This document shows, piece after piece, positions 36,330 to 50,297 of a stretch of 64,000 nt of DNA (position 1 is the first letter of the stretch; each line of letters opens with the position of its first letter). The position numbers and the translations under genes are program-made. The notes beneath the pieces are model-generated. The model did not search any database. It saw nothing but the letters and a program-made list of their open reading frames with translations, and was not told where the DNA came from. This stretch comes from Haplodiscus bocki. Lineage: Eukaryota. The DNA is taken from NCBI GenBank assembly GCA_965655095.1, contig OZ296650.1, positions 99,634,001-99,698,000 on the forward strand. The letters run 5' to 3'.

Positions 36330-39100
36330 AGCTAGTGGTTAGGGAATATTATTGATTGAGGCAGGGCTCTGGGTTAACAGAAAAGGCTTGATATATCAAG
36401 TTTGAATGGCAAGTTTTTTTGTGTTTTTCGCTGTATTTATCACTGGAACACGCGTTTTTTCAGGCGGGATTGAATTCTCATGAGCGGGTGGTCTAAGGTG
36501 TGGGTTTGGTTCATGAGAGTCTACCGTTGGGGTAAATTTGACCAATTTCTCTTTTATCAGCTGATGAAGTGGTTTTGTGTTGTTCAAGCTTTGATCGTTC
36601 AAGCGCTGCAGCTTGCTCTGATTTCTTCCGATAATTTTGATGGTGACCCTGTCTTTTCCCGAGACATTCTCTCCAGTATCTGACTTGTTGTGCGCGTTAT
36701 TAATGTTCTCTCCGGCTTGGGACATTTTCGAATGGATGACTTGTGTTTTACCGCTTCTCGGATTTCGGTTATTCCGATAAAAAGTCAAACAATTTGCGCA
36801 TATTTGAAATCAGGAGTGAATTGTTGAGAGTACTATGAGAGTTCAATTAAATTTATCAAATGCAGCCATTGAATGGAGGTATTTTGTTGTTGAACAGATT
36901 GAGTGAATATAATGGTAATACTAGACGCAAGTTACCGTTACGAAGTTAACTAGATACTGTTGTGATTTTCAGCGTTTGACTGATTGGGTGGTTTTGCTCG
37001 TTGAAGATACAATTGCTCAGACACGTGACAGATGGTAAAACGCGGTTCTGGGTGAGATCCATTTGGAGTCTTGCCTCTGGCTTGAATAGTTGAAAAAAAA
37101 GTGTGAAAGGCAAGTCAGCTCATGGAGCACAAACACAGTATGATTATTCAAAACATTGTACTAATGTATGGAGCAAAGAAAATGATGGCAGATATTGATC
37201 CTATCCGAGTGTGAAAGAAGTGACGTCTTGGAAGAAAAGGTGATTTATTCGTTAATTTGTGTAAAATGTAGACTCAAGCAAACGCAATTGCTTGAATCGG
37301 AAAGCGTCTCATTGTAGGAACATGCAGACAGCCTAGATTCCATAGAAGTGAAACTGTCTGTTGGCAGATGTATCAGCTAAGTTGAAAAAAACTGTTAGTT
37401 CCGTTGTTAAATTTGTTCTGATTGGCCTGAATAAGCCTTCGGTGTCCGAGTTTTTCATTTTGGAGCTGCTCCACCCGTAATTGTCTAATGAATGCCATGG
37501 ATATTGGATTTTGACTGTGAACATGAAATAGTTTTTGATAACGGAAAATCTCTGTTAGCACAGCTACCTGTGGGTTGTTTGTTAGACATCGGAAGTTGCC
37601 CGTTTAGCACTAGTTAGAATCAAGTAAAAGCTTTTGACATTGGTCTTTGTCTGTTGAGCGCCAGTGCATCGATTAGTTGGTTCAGACATCCCAAAGTGTT
37701 TGGGGTTGGTCCGTAGCTCGAGCGAAACCCAAGTGTTATGTCAAAGTCTTACAAGTGTGTGTTAATTCATCGGTTTCTGTCGGTGGGTCGTTTACAGGTG
37801 TCTTTTTCACCGATATCCATCCTCAATGGTGGGAAACCGATGTTCCTGCTGTAATCTCCCAAATCGGTTCTGCTTCTTTTCTACTGTTAGCGGTATGTGA
37901 CGATTCTTCCTTCGTCAGGCTTTTCCTGTTTAACTACTGCAGAATGGATTGTGGGGTGCGAAGGAGAACCCAGCTATTGTCCAAAATGACGTAAATTTGA
38001 TTCAATTTTTTGATTTTTCACTGGCTCGTGGAGTTATTGCATCAGACAGGACACCTGTAAAGTTTTGAGTTTCCGGCGGCAGCCTAATGGTGTCTTTTAG
38101 TGACCTACTGATCATCCATCACCTTTGAACTTCAACCAAAATCTAGCTCTTCGATGTATCCTTTCTATGATTATCTGTGCATTTTCTTTTGATGTTTGTC
38201 AAACTGCTGTTATGAACTGCTCAGATTTGTTTGAAAATACAGAGTATAAAAAATGTTTTTTACTTTGTAATCCCACTTGAACCCGTGGGAAAAAATCTAA
38301 AATGACCTCTTTTCTATTTTTAACTCGAAGCAATTTTCGGCCCCAAAAATCGCATTAGGATTTCATTTACGTTGACTGTACCATACGTAGATACCATTGA
38401 CGTTGTTTTAAAGATATGCAGACAAAAAAACTTCCCTCATGAGGGTTCCAGAACAGGACTGACGAATTGCGATAACCTGAATTTGGCGAAATTTTTCCAG
38501 GTTTTCCTTAACCTCATGGGTGATAACCTACATTTTCAACTTCGACGCGGTGTCAAGCCATCATGATTGAAACTTAAACTCAACACCTATATGGACATGC
38601 TATATATTTGTATCATAAAGGACGGAGCTCTACATTATTTTTAAATTAATGTACGAGCAATTTTCACAACTGTAAATTCTTGAGCTGCTGTGGGGATCAT
38701 TACATCAACCCAATTGGTAAAACCACTTTGTGTTTCGTATAAAAAAAGAACTGTGCTGCGGTAGCTTCCTCAAAGCAACACTAGTGTAATTGGTCGAAAC
38801 ACCCCATCACGTAACTCTGACTTGATTTAAAAAATTAGGCTAGTCACGTTATTACAATGCTGATAAAATCAGTAATAGCAGACTTTGATCATGGTTCACG
38901 TATCAAGATATTAGATATCTTACTGTAAATTACGCTTTCATAAATGTGGTTTTCGTGTTCTCTGACAATCTTGCGTTCATCTTTAACTGTCGTATTACAA
39001 AAGTTTTTTCAAAAAGTGTATGTAAACCTTTTGTAATCACAGATGTCAATTAATTTTTTACTTTTAGAATCAGCTTTATTGCTTAAACAACAGTGCTTTT
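36330..39100 (-). mobile_element. Very decayed Gypsy-like pol remnant
   Basis: Weak RNase H traces (VLSDA ~38040; GCLNQLIDALAL ~37655-37695) and an integrase C-terminal-like RSGKTQVIH (~36740), in the expected order. Confidence 0.4.
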
Positions 39101-39851
39101 GCGGCAGAATGAGTTTTAGGGCAATGAGCATAGTGCCACTCATTTTTGTCCTAAAGGAGACTGAGTTTTCGCTATCAGTGTCTGATGGTTATTAGGTGTG
39201 AAAGTGCCAACCAACCAAATTGTTTCGATCCGGTCATAGTACTGATTTGAGTGATCACGTGACCACTTAGAGCGAGTGACTGGGTTCAAGGAAGTGAGTG
39301 ACGATTTAACAAATTGTTACGTCAACACACGCTCACTTAAGTCTCTGAAACGAAGCTTTCGCATCGATATCTGGCGTAGAGTTCTATTTTGTGGATGCCT
39401 ACTGCCTCTCACTTGAGTCACGAATCCTTCCCACACTCTCTATGAAATTTTATCATAACGTACGCCTTTTCAACTGACTTCACCCGTTGAGCAAAGCTTT
39501 CAGAACTGAAACAGTTCTCCTATGTAGTAGTTCTGAGACTGGAGGGTAAACAGAAAACACTCATCGCACATTTTCGGATAACGAAGCGCAAAATTCAATA
39601 AATAATTGCGTTACGTCTGGAGAACTCACTAAGCATATGCGAGTTCTAACTGATCCGCCAACACGACAATTTTGACGCCTATGTGATTGAATGGACGAAA
39701 AAGAGAGGAGCCATCTAACAGACGTCACAAAGAGACCATCTCTTTAAGGGCGACGGTGTTTCACGTCGGACAAAAGACTCCAGTCAGACAGCAGGAGTGG
39801 AAGTCTAGGAAGCTGCAGAAAGACAAAAATGAACTGGAGGTTAAAAAAGTT

Positions 39852-40815
39852 ATTAATATAATATGTTCCGGATTTGCCACTAACCTCAATCCGCTCGCCT
39901 ATTAGCAAATCCGCAAAAAACCCGTTCCCTTGGCTTCGCTCCGGTCACGTATAATATTGCGCAGCTCTTCGAATTTCGCCTTTTGGACTCGCTTCTACGA
40001 AGCTCATGGGATGCTCGAATGACGACTCGGATAACAGATATACAATCGCACACCCATTATTTTCTCCCACACAAAAGCCATACTCGAACCAAGCATGAAT
40101 GCGTGAAAACCTGTATAAACAACTGCACCTTTATGTCAACATAGTATTGAGAAATTTATTGCACGTGCTCATTTACCTTGTCAGCGAGAATGAAAATACT
40201 CACCACTACCAACTATGTCGACATATTACTATATGCGTTTACACGAGACTGCACCACCAACTATCTCGACATAATACAAACTGTACATGCTAGCTCTGTT
40301 GACAATATTTTTCATGTATAAAAACTAGTTTTTGTCTCTCAATTTGGTCTCCTATAGCAGATTGGCACTGTAGAATGATATCGACAAAACTTAAGGCTTG
40401 CCAGAGTGTTTGGTGTTCACTCCCCAATACGTATCCTCAGTCTTTGTCCTACAACCGCTATGATGCTATAAGAGGAACTGTCCGTGACTTGAAGCTGGAA
40501 ATAGCTGACTAGATCGAGGGGGAACTCTGCCAGGAATGCTTACTCGGATTTGCTAGAAATGGTAGATTAGAAAGTTGGCCAGTGGAGATTTTGTAAAATT
40601 TAAAAAGACTATGTTTTCATAAAATTGCATTTCTAAATTCACAAATCTTTGGATACGTAAAATTTTTCGTAGAAGTTTTTAGTTTGATTGAATTAAAAAA
40701 TCCATTTACGACATGCAAAATGAAAAGAACTTTTTCTATCATTACTACAATGAGTTTTTACATAATCTGGTTTTTGAGATCCTTTGCCAAAAGTTGTCTG
40801 TGACACAATGGTGTT
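39852..40815 (+). repeat. Mav-B left TIR
   Basis: Imperfect reverse complement of 55367-56332; begins attaatataatatg. Confidence 0.9.
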
Positions 40816-40919
40816 CATAATATTAAATCCTAACAAATATTAATTTTCAAATTATTTGTTTGATTGAAAATAAAACCTTTTTTGTCAAGGTTTTTATCGT
40901 GAAAAGCTATATCGTTTGA

Positions 40920-41186
40920 ATGACATACTATTGTATATTATGTGATAAGTCGATCTGCACCAAATCAAGATATAAAAATTTCAAATCAAGAACTCATAAA
41001 TTACACAACGAGTCTAATATAAGGAGATATATCATTTTAAATCCTATTTTTCATGACATTGACACAAAAATGATTAGATATCTCAATAAACACAATGAAA
41101 AACATGTAGAAATTGTGTTAAGTATATTAGATTTTATCCAAAATCAAATTTGGAAACTTTTTTTGTTCAAATCTTCCAATAATTAG
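40920..41186 (+). pseudogene. C2H2-like zinc-finger protein (Mav-B)
   Basis: YYCILCDKSICTKSRYKNFKSRTH. Confidence 0.55.
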
Positions 41187-41444
41187 AAAACATAGTAATA
41201 TACCATTTGATAATAAATAAATGATTTCATCAACTACACAAAAATGTCGAAGAGAATTTGTTCTCAAAACAATAATTTTTGAGTTTTCATTCATGTGAAT
41301 TGGACATTAAAACGAACTTGCCTGAAGATTACGTCTTTTCCGTGGATAACACAAAGAAACAAAAAACTTACTTGAAAATATTTATGTTTTTACTTGCTTT
41401 TTTTACATCTTTGTTCTTGGTTTTTCTCCTATTCAAACACCTAA

Positions 41445-41822
41445 ATGAATAACACTTCTTCGTTAGAACAAATCTCTTACAAAGGTTATCTTGAGAAAAA
41501 TTTAATACTACGACAGTATGAACTCTTTCTGATGGACAAGTTTATGGAAATAAAATTGATGAATATTAAATCAACACAAAAGGAAATAGCTAAAGAACTA
41601 GGATACCCATTTTCTAGTTTACAACGATATAGACAAGATATAATTATGCTTTCAGCTTATAGAATCCCACCTAGTAGTCATAAAAGAAAGAAAAAGATTT
41701 CAAATCGTAAACATGACCTCGGAAAACCTCACTTCATCTCAAAGGACCTGGAAAGACCTCAAATAACATCAAAAGAATCCTCTCCAATTTTTGAATTGGT
41801 CAAACCTAAGAAAAAAAATTGA
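41445..41822 (+). CDS. Helix-turn-helix protein (Mav-B)
   Basis: STQKEIAKELGYPFSSLQRYR; basic C-terminus. Confidence 0.7.
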   Translation: MNNTSSLEQISYKGYLEKNLILRQYELFLMDKFMEIKLMNIKSTQKEIAKELGYPFSSLQRYRQDIIMLSAYRIPPSSHKRKKKISNRKHDLGKPHFISKDLERPQITSKESSPIFELVKPKKKN

Positions 41823-42655
41823 AAGGTGGTGGAAATATGGAAATTAACGATGAATATTTAGATAAAACTCTTTATTTTATTAACCGTTAGAGGAATTAGC
41901 AATGCAACTGATCTCTGATGATCAAACAGTAAGAAGTAATACAGTACAAGATATAAAAGATTTCAACTCTTAATCTTCTGACCGCAAGCTGAGAAAGGAG
42001 AACATTTACTTGCTATGATGCCTGCTGTTGAAAAACTTTATGATTTAATGGGTGACGATATAGTAAAATTATCTACAGAAAAGGAATCTTTGAAAAAAAA
42101 ACAAGGCTCTTACTAGAAAAACTGGTTAGAAGAATCTGAAGCAAAGTTGTTAAAACAAATCGGAGATGAGAAAAGAGCAAAATTATTTTTGTCTAGAATG
42201 GAAAAACAGTTGAAAAAACAATATTAAATGGCTTATATAAAATATAAAAAAGTATGGGTAAGTGAATTTGATAACATTGTCTCTACGAAAGATAAAATGC
42301 AAGATCTGAACCCTAATCAATTAAAACTCGAAGTACATGATACCTATAAAAGAGATAAAAAATTAACCACAATTTTTGAAGCTGCTAATGTTGAAAACAT
42401 CATGAACAAAGCTTTTCTAGTTAGAAAATTAACAAAATTAGAGTGTCATTTATCATTATTAGAAAAAGATGATAATGAATTTAAACTGCTTAGCAACAAA
42501 CAATCTAATGAAGAGGTTTTGGTTCAAAGAGCTGTGAAACGACTATGAAAATTATTTATGATCAGGGGATATTTGATATTCTTCCCAATGCAGATAAGGT
42601 TTTGGAAGATTTTTTTGTTTGTTACAAGACGAAGACCTGATTTAGAGAGGGTAAA

Positions 42656-43090
42656 TGATGACATTCAAAGGTTTTGTTCATATATAGAATTTAAAAAATA
42701 AAGCAACATCAAACATAAAAACTTATCAAGTCCTTTCATCTTTAACTTTGAGTGACGTAGGAATCTATTTAAGGGACGGTCCGTTTGACTCGGATACAAG
42801 AATAAATAATTTGCACTTATCAAAAGGAACACATTGGATTGCATACAAAAACGAACTTTCTTTTGATAGATATGGTTGTGCTCCTCCTCAGAAACTATCT
42901 AATTTCATTAGAAAACGAAATGGACATTGTTTTTATTCTGTATTTGAAATACAAGGCTTGACTAATAAAAAAATTCTTTTTGTGCATCTTATTGTTTCTA
43001 TATGATTTACTTAACAGAAGTCTTAGGAATATGTTTTAAATCTGCTGTTTTTAATTTATGCTATCAAAAATTTTCTTCAAACCAAATGAC
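42656..43090 (+). pseudogene. Adenain-like cysteine protease (Mav-B)
   Basis: NLHLSKGTHWIAY, SFDRYGCAPP, EIQ, then SFCASYC in a shifted frame. Confidence 0.85.
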
Positions 43091-43277
43091 AAAACGGAGA
43101 ATAACTCTCGATAATAATGTGAAATACCTCAACAAATGTAGCAAATCAGAAAACGAATATTCGCCAAAGGGTTCCAAACCAAAGACAGCTTCACTTCCTG
43201 AAAAATAAAAAAAAACTTTCACAAAACAATAAACAGTTCATTAAAAATGTAACTGTAGAAGGATTCAAAATACATAA

Positions 43278-44352
43278 ATGAATAAGGAAATGTCACTTTT
43301 AGTAAGAAAACATACTGATACACTGATTGAACAAACAAAGGAAAACCCAAGAGAAACACTTGACTTTAAATTAAAAAAGCAAATGGATACTTTTTCGTTT
43401 GATCCTCCAATAAATCTTTCCGAAGAAGGTAAATGGTTTTTGGCACTGACCAGTTTCAGAACAACTAATTCCGTTTTTAATATAACTGATGAGGAAACTA
43501 GTTTTCCGCATACTTCACGAGCTCATTGGAACTCTGGAGATGAAGAAGAACTTATTACCAAACTAAATGAATTATTAGAGCTTCGATCTGAAAACGATAT
43601 TGAATTACATGTGAAAAAAAATGAAAGAAGAGGTACCCGAATAGAAAAAGAAAACAGTGGCTACAACTTAGCAAGACTTGATCATTTCAAAAAAAAACGT
43701 GCAGAATTAAAAAGAGTAAATTATAAGGATCCTGAAGATTTGGTTTAAAGAATGGAAAAAAATTATGATGAGATTGTAGGTGTATTGGATGTCAAATAAA
43801 TTGCTGGATAAATTACGGGATACACTTTACAAACCGGAATCTTCAAAATTAGTGATATTAACTTTATGTTAAAGTCTCAACTTCCTAATTAGTTAAAAGT
43901 AAGCATTACAATTGATGATATCAGACTAAGATTAAAATTTAACCACTATTAAAACGATCAGGTTCATCAACAAATCTAATTTTAATTCCAGAAAAGGATT
44001 TACTTAACCTCATTCAAGCCCATTAGGTGTTATCGAAGGATTCTTTCAAAAGACACCAGGTATATAAAAAAGGGATAAACCCATTAACAAAACAGGAACT
44101 GATAAAAAAATCCTTTAAAACGAGATTGTATTATTGGAAGTTTTGTTAAGGGTATCCGAGAAAACATTTTGTATAGTTTTGCCACTGATAAACGAACCGG
44201 ACATGAAACATAAAAAGAACCTAATATCAAACTTTTTAAAAATATAAATTCATCTGTTCTGTCTCATAACATTTTGTTTAGAGGGTGATAGTTACAAGAC
44301 GGTTGAGATTTTAGTGGAGAAATCGTATCGTTTACTAGTCAATTGGTGTAAC
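43278..44352 (+). pseudogene. Minor capsid/penton-like protein, paralogue 1 (Mav-B)
   Basis: FSFDPPINLSEEGKWFLALTSFRTTNSVFNIT; C-terminal DCIIGSFVKGIRENILYSF...FSGEIVSFT. Confidence 0.75.
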
Positions 44353-44371
44353 CAAAATTCTAAATTATTAC

Positions 44372-45474
44372 ATGAACTTAGACATGGTTCGACCTAAAAA
44401 ATACAGAAGATTCATCACTTTCAATACCAAAAACATTGAAACACTTTTCAACAAACTCATAAAAAAACCACGAGAAACGCTTGAATTTAAACCTACCAAA
44501 TCAAAAGAAACTTCCTCATTTAAACCATCTAATAATCTTGGTCTGGAATTTAGTTGGATAGTTGGATTAGCAAGTTTAGAAATATACAATTCCATTTCTA
44601 TTATAATTGGAGAAAATATTAAATTCGAACTTTATAAAGATACTTCTGATGAGTTTTCATCTGTGTAATTGGAAGCTGAATTTGAGGAGATCCTTAATAT
44701 TTCAATTTTTGCACCCGAGCATCTAGCAGCTGAAATATTAGGACCAAGCATATTTAAGGCATATAAAAAACTAGAAACTGAAAAGAGACAGACTGATGGT
44801 TATTAAATGTTAATATTGGGTTAAGCAAGAACTTCATTTCGAGTTTTCGAAAGCTATCTTACAATTCTATTGGGTTTAGGTGAAAATTCTATTCAGTTAA
44901 TTTTGAAACAATATATTTCGAATTTTGTTACTTATGAAATAACACCTGTCATTTACTCAATCGAAGATCTTTCAGCGGTTATTTACACAATGGGTGATCT
45001 TGAAGGGACCCTACAAACAAAATATGATGATATCAGCATGAAAGCAAAACTTCTTTTAAAAGGTATTGGTGGAACGTTTGGAAGGTTAAGATTTGAACGA
45101 AAATCTTTATTTAGGACTTTATTGCGTTTTACAGCATTTTGGGATTATTAACCTACTAATGCAATCCATGCTGTTAGCCCAGGTGTATATATTAGTGAGA
45201 AACTTTTGAATTTGAGTACATTAGATAAAATCCAATAGAAATGTGTTGATAAAGACGGTAGTTTATTAAGTGGTATTAGGCAACCAATACTGTTTAGCTT
45301 TCATTTGATTAGACCACCTGGGTATGAAGTATTTTGCGCGCCTGAATTAAAACACTATAAAAAAACAAATCTGATCTGAAAACTATAACTTTTAATCGAG
45401 AAGACGATAATAACAAAGAAGTTTATTTTAAACAAGGAACGTTGACTTTTACATTACAACTGATCAAAATCTGA
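44372..45474 (+). pseudogene. Minor capsid/penton-like protein, paralogue 2 (Mav-B)
   Basis: PRETLEFK...SFKPSNNLGLEFSWIVGLASLEIYNSI; C-terminal DGSLLSGIRQPILFSF...PPGY...VYFKQGTLTFTLQL. Confidence 0.75.
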
Positions 45475-45898
45475 ACTATTCAAAGAGCTTCCAAAAACAT
45501 AAAAAAAGAGTTTTTGCGTTGGTCAAAAACACTACTCTGGCAAAAACGACATTGTTGGTAAGATAACTTTTCATAAAAAAAGTGGTTAAGAGATTAAATT
45601 TTCAATTGGTCAATGTCCGATTCCTTATTGGAAAAAAATCAATGATTGTTTTTGATAACACATTTCAAGCAGAAGATTTGGGTGATTTGTTGCGAGAATC
45701 TAGGTGAAAAAGGACTTATTGTTTCAAAAAAGATGACAAAAAATGTTTTAAAGAATCCAGGACGAGTCATGGATATTACAGCAAACTTACTCCTAGAAAC
45801 CCTGAAGCAGCTTTATCAATATTGGCGGAATTGTTAACTTTATATCACACAGGCGAAGGGTTATATTTGGGTAAATTTATATAATTTGTGCTGTACAA

Positions 45899-46426
45899 AT
45901 GGTACAAAAAACAGACAGATTATACGCATCTGCACCAAAAGAGAATAAAAAATTGATGTAGAACAACGTTTAGGAAAAAAATGGCGTAAAAAGTTTTTTA
46001 ACTCAATTAACATCATTAATGAAAAGATTCCATCTTTTAAAGGCAAAAATCATGTATCTAAAAAGAAATAAAAGAAACCTAAAAGGGTAATTACAATAAC
46101 AAAATCCTTTGATACATTTGCTATTATTGCCACAACATCAAGTTCCTTTACGTAATCTCTCACAGGAAACGGTTTGGTAGATATACCAAAATCAACTGGT
46201 ATAACTTGTAGAATAGCATTTAGTCATAAGACAATTTATGAGATAGTTGTGCAAAACTATAAGAAATACAAAAAAGAATAAAAAAAGATCAACAAACGAT
46301 TAAATCCTTTGATAAACTATACCGCAAAAGTTTACAAAAAATTTTGATTGATAAAACTGAAAATGAATCTCTATGAAAAAATCTCACCATCTTTTTGGAT
46401 GAAACGAAAAATGAATCTTTTTTATA
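45899..46426 (+). pseudogene. Coiled-coil plus hydrophobic-hairpin protein (Mav-B)
   Basis: MVQKTDRLYASAP..., a basic helix, then FAIIATTSSSFT.SLTGNGLVDIP. Confidence 0.45.
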
Positions 46427-46769
46427 ACTGTGAACATAAAAATTTATTTATTTTTTTTTAGTAATACTAATATAAAATAGGCTAGAACCTTGAAATTAAA
46501 TATATGTTTATGTGTGATATTAACTGTTGTAATCTGTTCTGTTCTGTTCTAATGACATGTGAATTGTTCTGTTTTAATATTATGTAAACTGCTCCGTATT
46601 TTAATAGGATAAGAATAAAAACTGTACTGTTTGTAACATAAAATTAGATAAAGTTATTCACAAGAAAAATTGTAATTTTGTAAAAGCTGTTACAATTAAA
46701 AGAAAAGAAAAAATAACATTAACAGTTGAATCCAAAATCAACAACCAAAAATCGAAAACATTATTGACA

Positions 46770-47349
46770 ATGACAATCGAACGTTTCTGGTTGGGCCTAG
46801 TTTTTTGGTTAAAACATATTTTATTTTAAAATTTTTTTCACGAATGTCTGATCGACATCTTTACATAATCACCAAACGACTTCTTGAACAACATTCCATT
46901 TCTAAAAGAAATTTAAAGAAATAGGAGAAGAAATAAAACCTCTGAACGAATAAGAAAACATTATCATAGTTTTTGATGTCATTTCCGGCTCGTCAAGTAG
47001 TCGATACATAGATCAGCTTTTCATTAGAGGCAGACATAATAATTTAGAGTTATATTATCTATCACTATCTTGTTTTGATTTACCAAAAAGAACTATAAGA
47101 AGTAAGAGTAATAAAATATTTCTGCTTAATCAAACATTAAAAGATAGAAAGAAAGTATATAGAGAGGTTGGAGGGTATGATATGTGTTTTGATGAATTCA
47201 AACAGCTATGTAGAAAATCTTGGGAAGAGGAATGACGTTTTTTTTGTATTGATAGATCCAAAAAGACACATCAGGGAAGATACTGGAATTGTAATGAAAG
47301 TAAAAACACATATACAGAATGCACTCCTGAAACTGCACTTTTTGAGTAA
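46770..47349 (+). pseudogene. A32/FtsK-like packaging ATPase (Mav-B)
   Basis: NRTFLVGPSF.(GKT) Walker A, IIVFD Walker B, FIRGRHNNL, YYLSLSCFDLPKRTIR. Confidence 0.85.
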
Positions 47350-48202
47350 CCTGAATGTTGTATTCAATTGAAAAAGGAGAAGATTTTGAAAAAGTAGAAG
47401 AGCTGGCCTCATCACATAATCAAATAGAAGAATTACGTTTACAAGATAAATCAAGTAAACAGAACTTTCATGAGAATATCAAAGAAATATATTAACCACT
47501 TGCTGATGCAATTAAAACTTTCTCTCGAGATACAATAAATACTATGACGGAAACTTCTAATAAAAACAAATAAGCTTTAGAGGATTTTTTTGACAGACTT
47601 TTAGCAACACTGAAAAATGGGGTTTAATAACATCTTAGTTGCTGTGTCCTCTTTCTAAAATAACTAATCCTGAAAATACTAGTCAATTTAAAAAGTAATG
47701 GATCCGAAGTCAAATAGCGTCAACGATTTGTTAGTAAACAAAACACTACTAGTTACTCTATATATCATTTTGTTAACAGTCCGTGCAACAGATAAAATTT
47801 TTGAATTACAAGGCGAATTTTTAAAAATAATAACTAACAAAAACTATAATGTAGTTCTTGCTGAATTATCTGACAATCAAATAATGTATGATTTCTCAAA
47901 AGAAATCTGTTTCGATCAAAAAGCTTCAGGCAAAAAAAGTCCTAGAAATAGATCTCCTATAAGATTGCCTAAATCACTAGGTATAAAGATTTCTGCTTCT
48001 GGTGTTTCATCAAATCAGAGATGATTGTCATCTGATCCTAAGGAACTTTGTGATATAAAAAAATTTTTGTGACTAGAGAAACAAGCTGGAAATACTTCTA
48101 ATATAGTTGATACAGAAATCATGGATGTAGAAGATAAATTATTAAAATACAAGTTCGTCGGTATTAGAAAGCAAAACTAAACAGCACAGATTTCCACTAC
48201 TT

Positions 48203-49456
48203 GAATGTTTAAACTGAACGAAGACTACGAAGTTGATCGGAGAATCCTACAATGTGATTTTATTTGATTTTCACCTGCAGAGACATATACAATGAACACA
48301 CCTAAAAGTCAAGTTTATATCAACCTAGGTAGAAAAGATAGTGTTTTCTCTTTGTTAAGTAGTTATCTTGATATATACCTTGAAGCTGTCAAAAAAGATG
48401 CAAATTCCAGATATACAAACGGTAATGACATACGGTTAGTTAATCTAGGACGTTATGCTTAATTCCGAAATTTTAAGTTGAAAAAAAGCATTGGAAAGCA
48501 TTGAGAAGTTTTTAGCCAGGCTCATATTGTTTCTTTAATGTGTACACTAATAACTAGTGCTGAGGATGGTGATGATTTACCTATTGGTTTTGATCGTAGT
48601 CGTGATACTCGAAAACAGAAGTTAACTAATAACAAATATATAAAAAGAAAATATCCTCTTAGAATTATTCCCAAATATGTTTTTGGATTAACAGAACATC
48701 AAGAACATGATACTAATGCCCCCGGTTATAAATTAGCATTTACAAGAAAAAAAGATGAAGCCGTTATAGACGAAGCAGTAGATATTACTGATGCTAGAAT
48801 TAAAATTGATCATTTTCATTGCTATATACCTCATTACACACCATGCATTGATCAACAAGGTAAATTATCTAAACAAAGTTTAAGTAAAACACCCACGGAT
48901 CTCAGATATTTTGAAAGATGTGTTTTATGAAGGAGATAAATAATCAGAATCAATGATTTTTTAAATTCGGTACTGAAGAATGCATGAATGTTCTTTTATG
49001 GAATTTGATAGGTATTCAACAACGAGATAGACAAGATCTAAATGATGATAATTTTTGTAGATTGCTTGTCACTAGCGCTCAATGCGTAATTGGGACTGAA
49101 AAGTTCCCTGATGCTGGTAAATTATTAGTTTTTGATAATGGTGATTATTCACAGGGTTATGGTCTAACTGAAGAAGCGTTTAGAGCTTTGACATACGATG
49201 ATATCCTTCAACCATATAAATCCTAGGATAATTTTAGATCATCAAATGACACGCTTGATGAAGTTGCTTATAATTTGATAATTTTTAAGTTTTCGATATA
49301 CGATAACAGCAAGATTTCACAACTTCCCAACCAAATAAAGTAGAATTTAAATTTGATGGAGTCAATCCTAATGATATAAATGGTTATGCTTTGGTGTTAA
49401 CGAATAAATTAGTTAGTGGAAGCTCGGATGGTCAACAACTCTTCGATTCAATTTAG
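48203..49456 (+). pseudogene. Major capsid protein (Mav-B)
   Basis: Fragments SQVYINL..KDSVFSLLSSYLDI, VFGLTEHQ...GYKLAFTR, IKIDHFHCYIPHYTPC and GYALVLTNK. Size and position are consistent with an MCP. Confidence 0.7.
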
Positions 49457-49465
49457 GACAAAAGC

Positions 49466-50297
49466 TTTCATAACATCTTTATTTTCTTTCATTTATAACT
49501 CTTTCTTTTTCAACAAGGATTCGTTATAACGCTCTGGTTAAATGTCAATGCGATAACTTGATTTCGTATCATTAACATTTCTAGCATTTTTAAACAATTC
49601 ATAAAACCTATAAGTAGTGTCTGATTTCGAATACATTTTTTTAAAATTCTGATGCTCTGACGAGATCGTTCACTTGGAAATTTACCTCCTTTTCTTTCGT
49701 TTGTTCATTAAATTCTGGCAAACATATCTTGCGGTCTTTTTTTACAGAAGCTTGTATTGGTGTTAATTTAGTAGAAGTATGGATTGTGCTTTTTATTTTG
49801 TTTTCTTATCACGGACAATACATCAATCAATTTGCTTTTGCTCTTTTCAAAAACAGGTTTTTAAGGAAGATTTCCAATAGTACGCATAAAGTGTTCTACG
49901 AAAACAGCACCTAACTTGCTATTTATAGAATAATCTTTAATATTGTTTTTTAAGAAATTTTGAAAAATCCTGTTGTAAAATTTTTTTGCCTCAATCAGTT
50001 TCGAATAAATTTTGTTTTCTTTTGGATGATATGAAAACATATTCAAAAACGTTTGTTATTGTTTGAGCATTTTTGTTTTCGAGAGGAACCGTCCTATCGA
50101 ATTTGTTAAAATTAACGTTTACTAACAAAACACATCTGTATCCTTTATTTTTTTGGACCGTAGTTTTTTTAGGTCTAATATGTCTTAGCTCCAAAAATCA
50201 TTAATATAAAAATCATGTGTTTTGTTTGTGGGATAGCTTTTTTCGTGTGGTTTGGAGTAATTTTCTTTCATATAAAGTTTAATGGTTTTCTGAGTCA
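49466..50297 (-). pseudogene. int: Retroviral-like (rve) integrase (Mav-B)
   Basis: NKGYRCVLLVNVNFNKFDRTVPLENKNAQT, KQNLFETD, KFYN, GAVFVEHFMRTI (for AERFNRTI). Confidence 0.85.
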
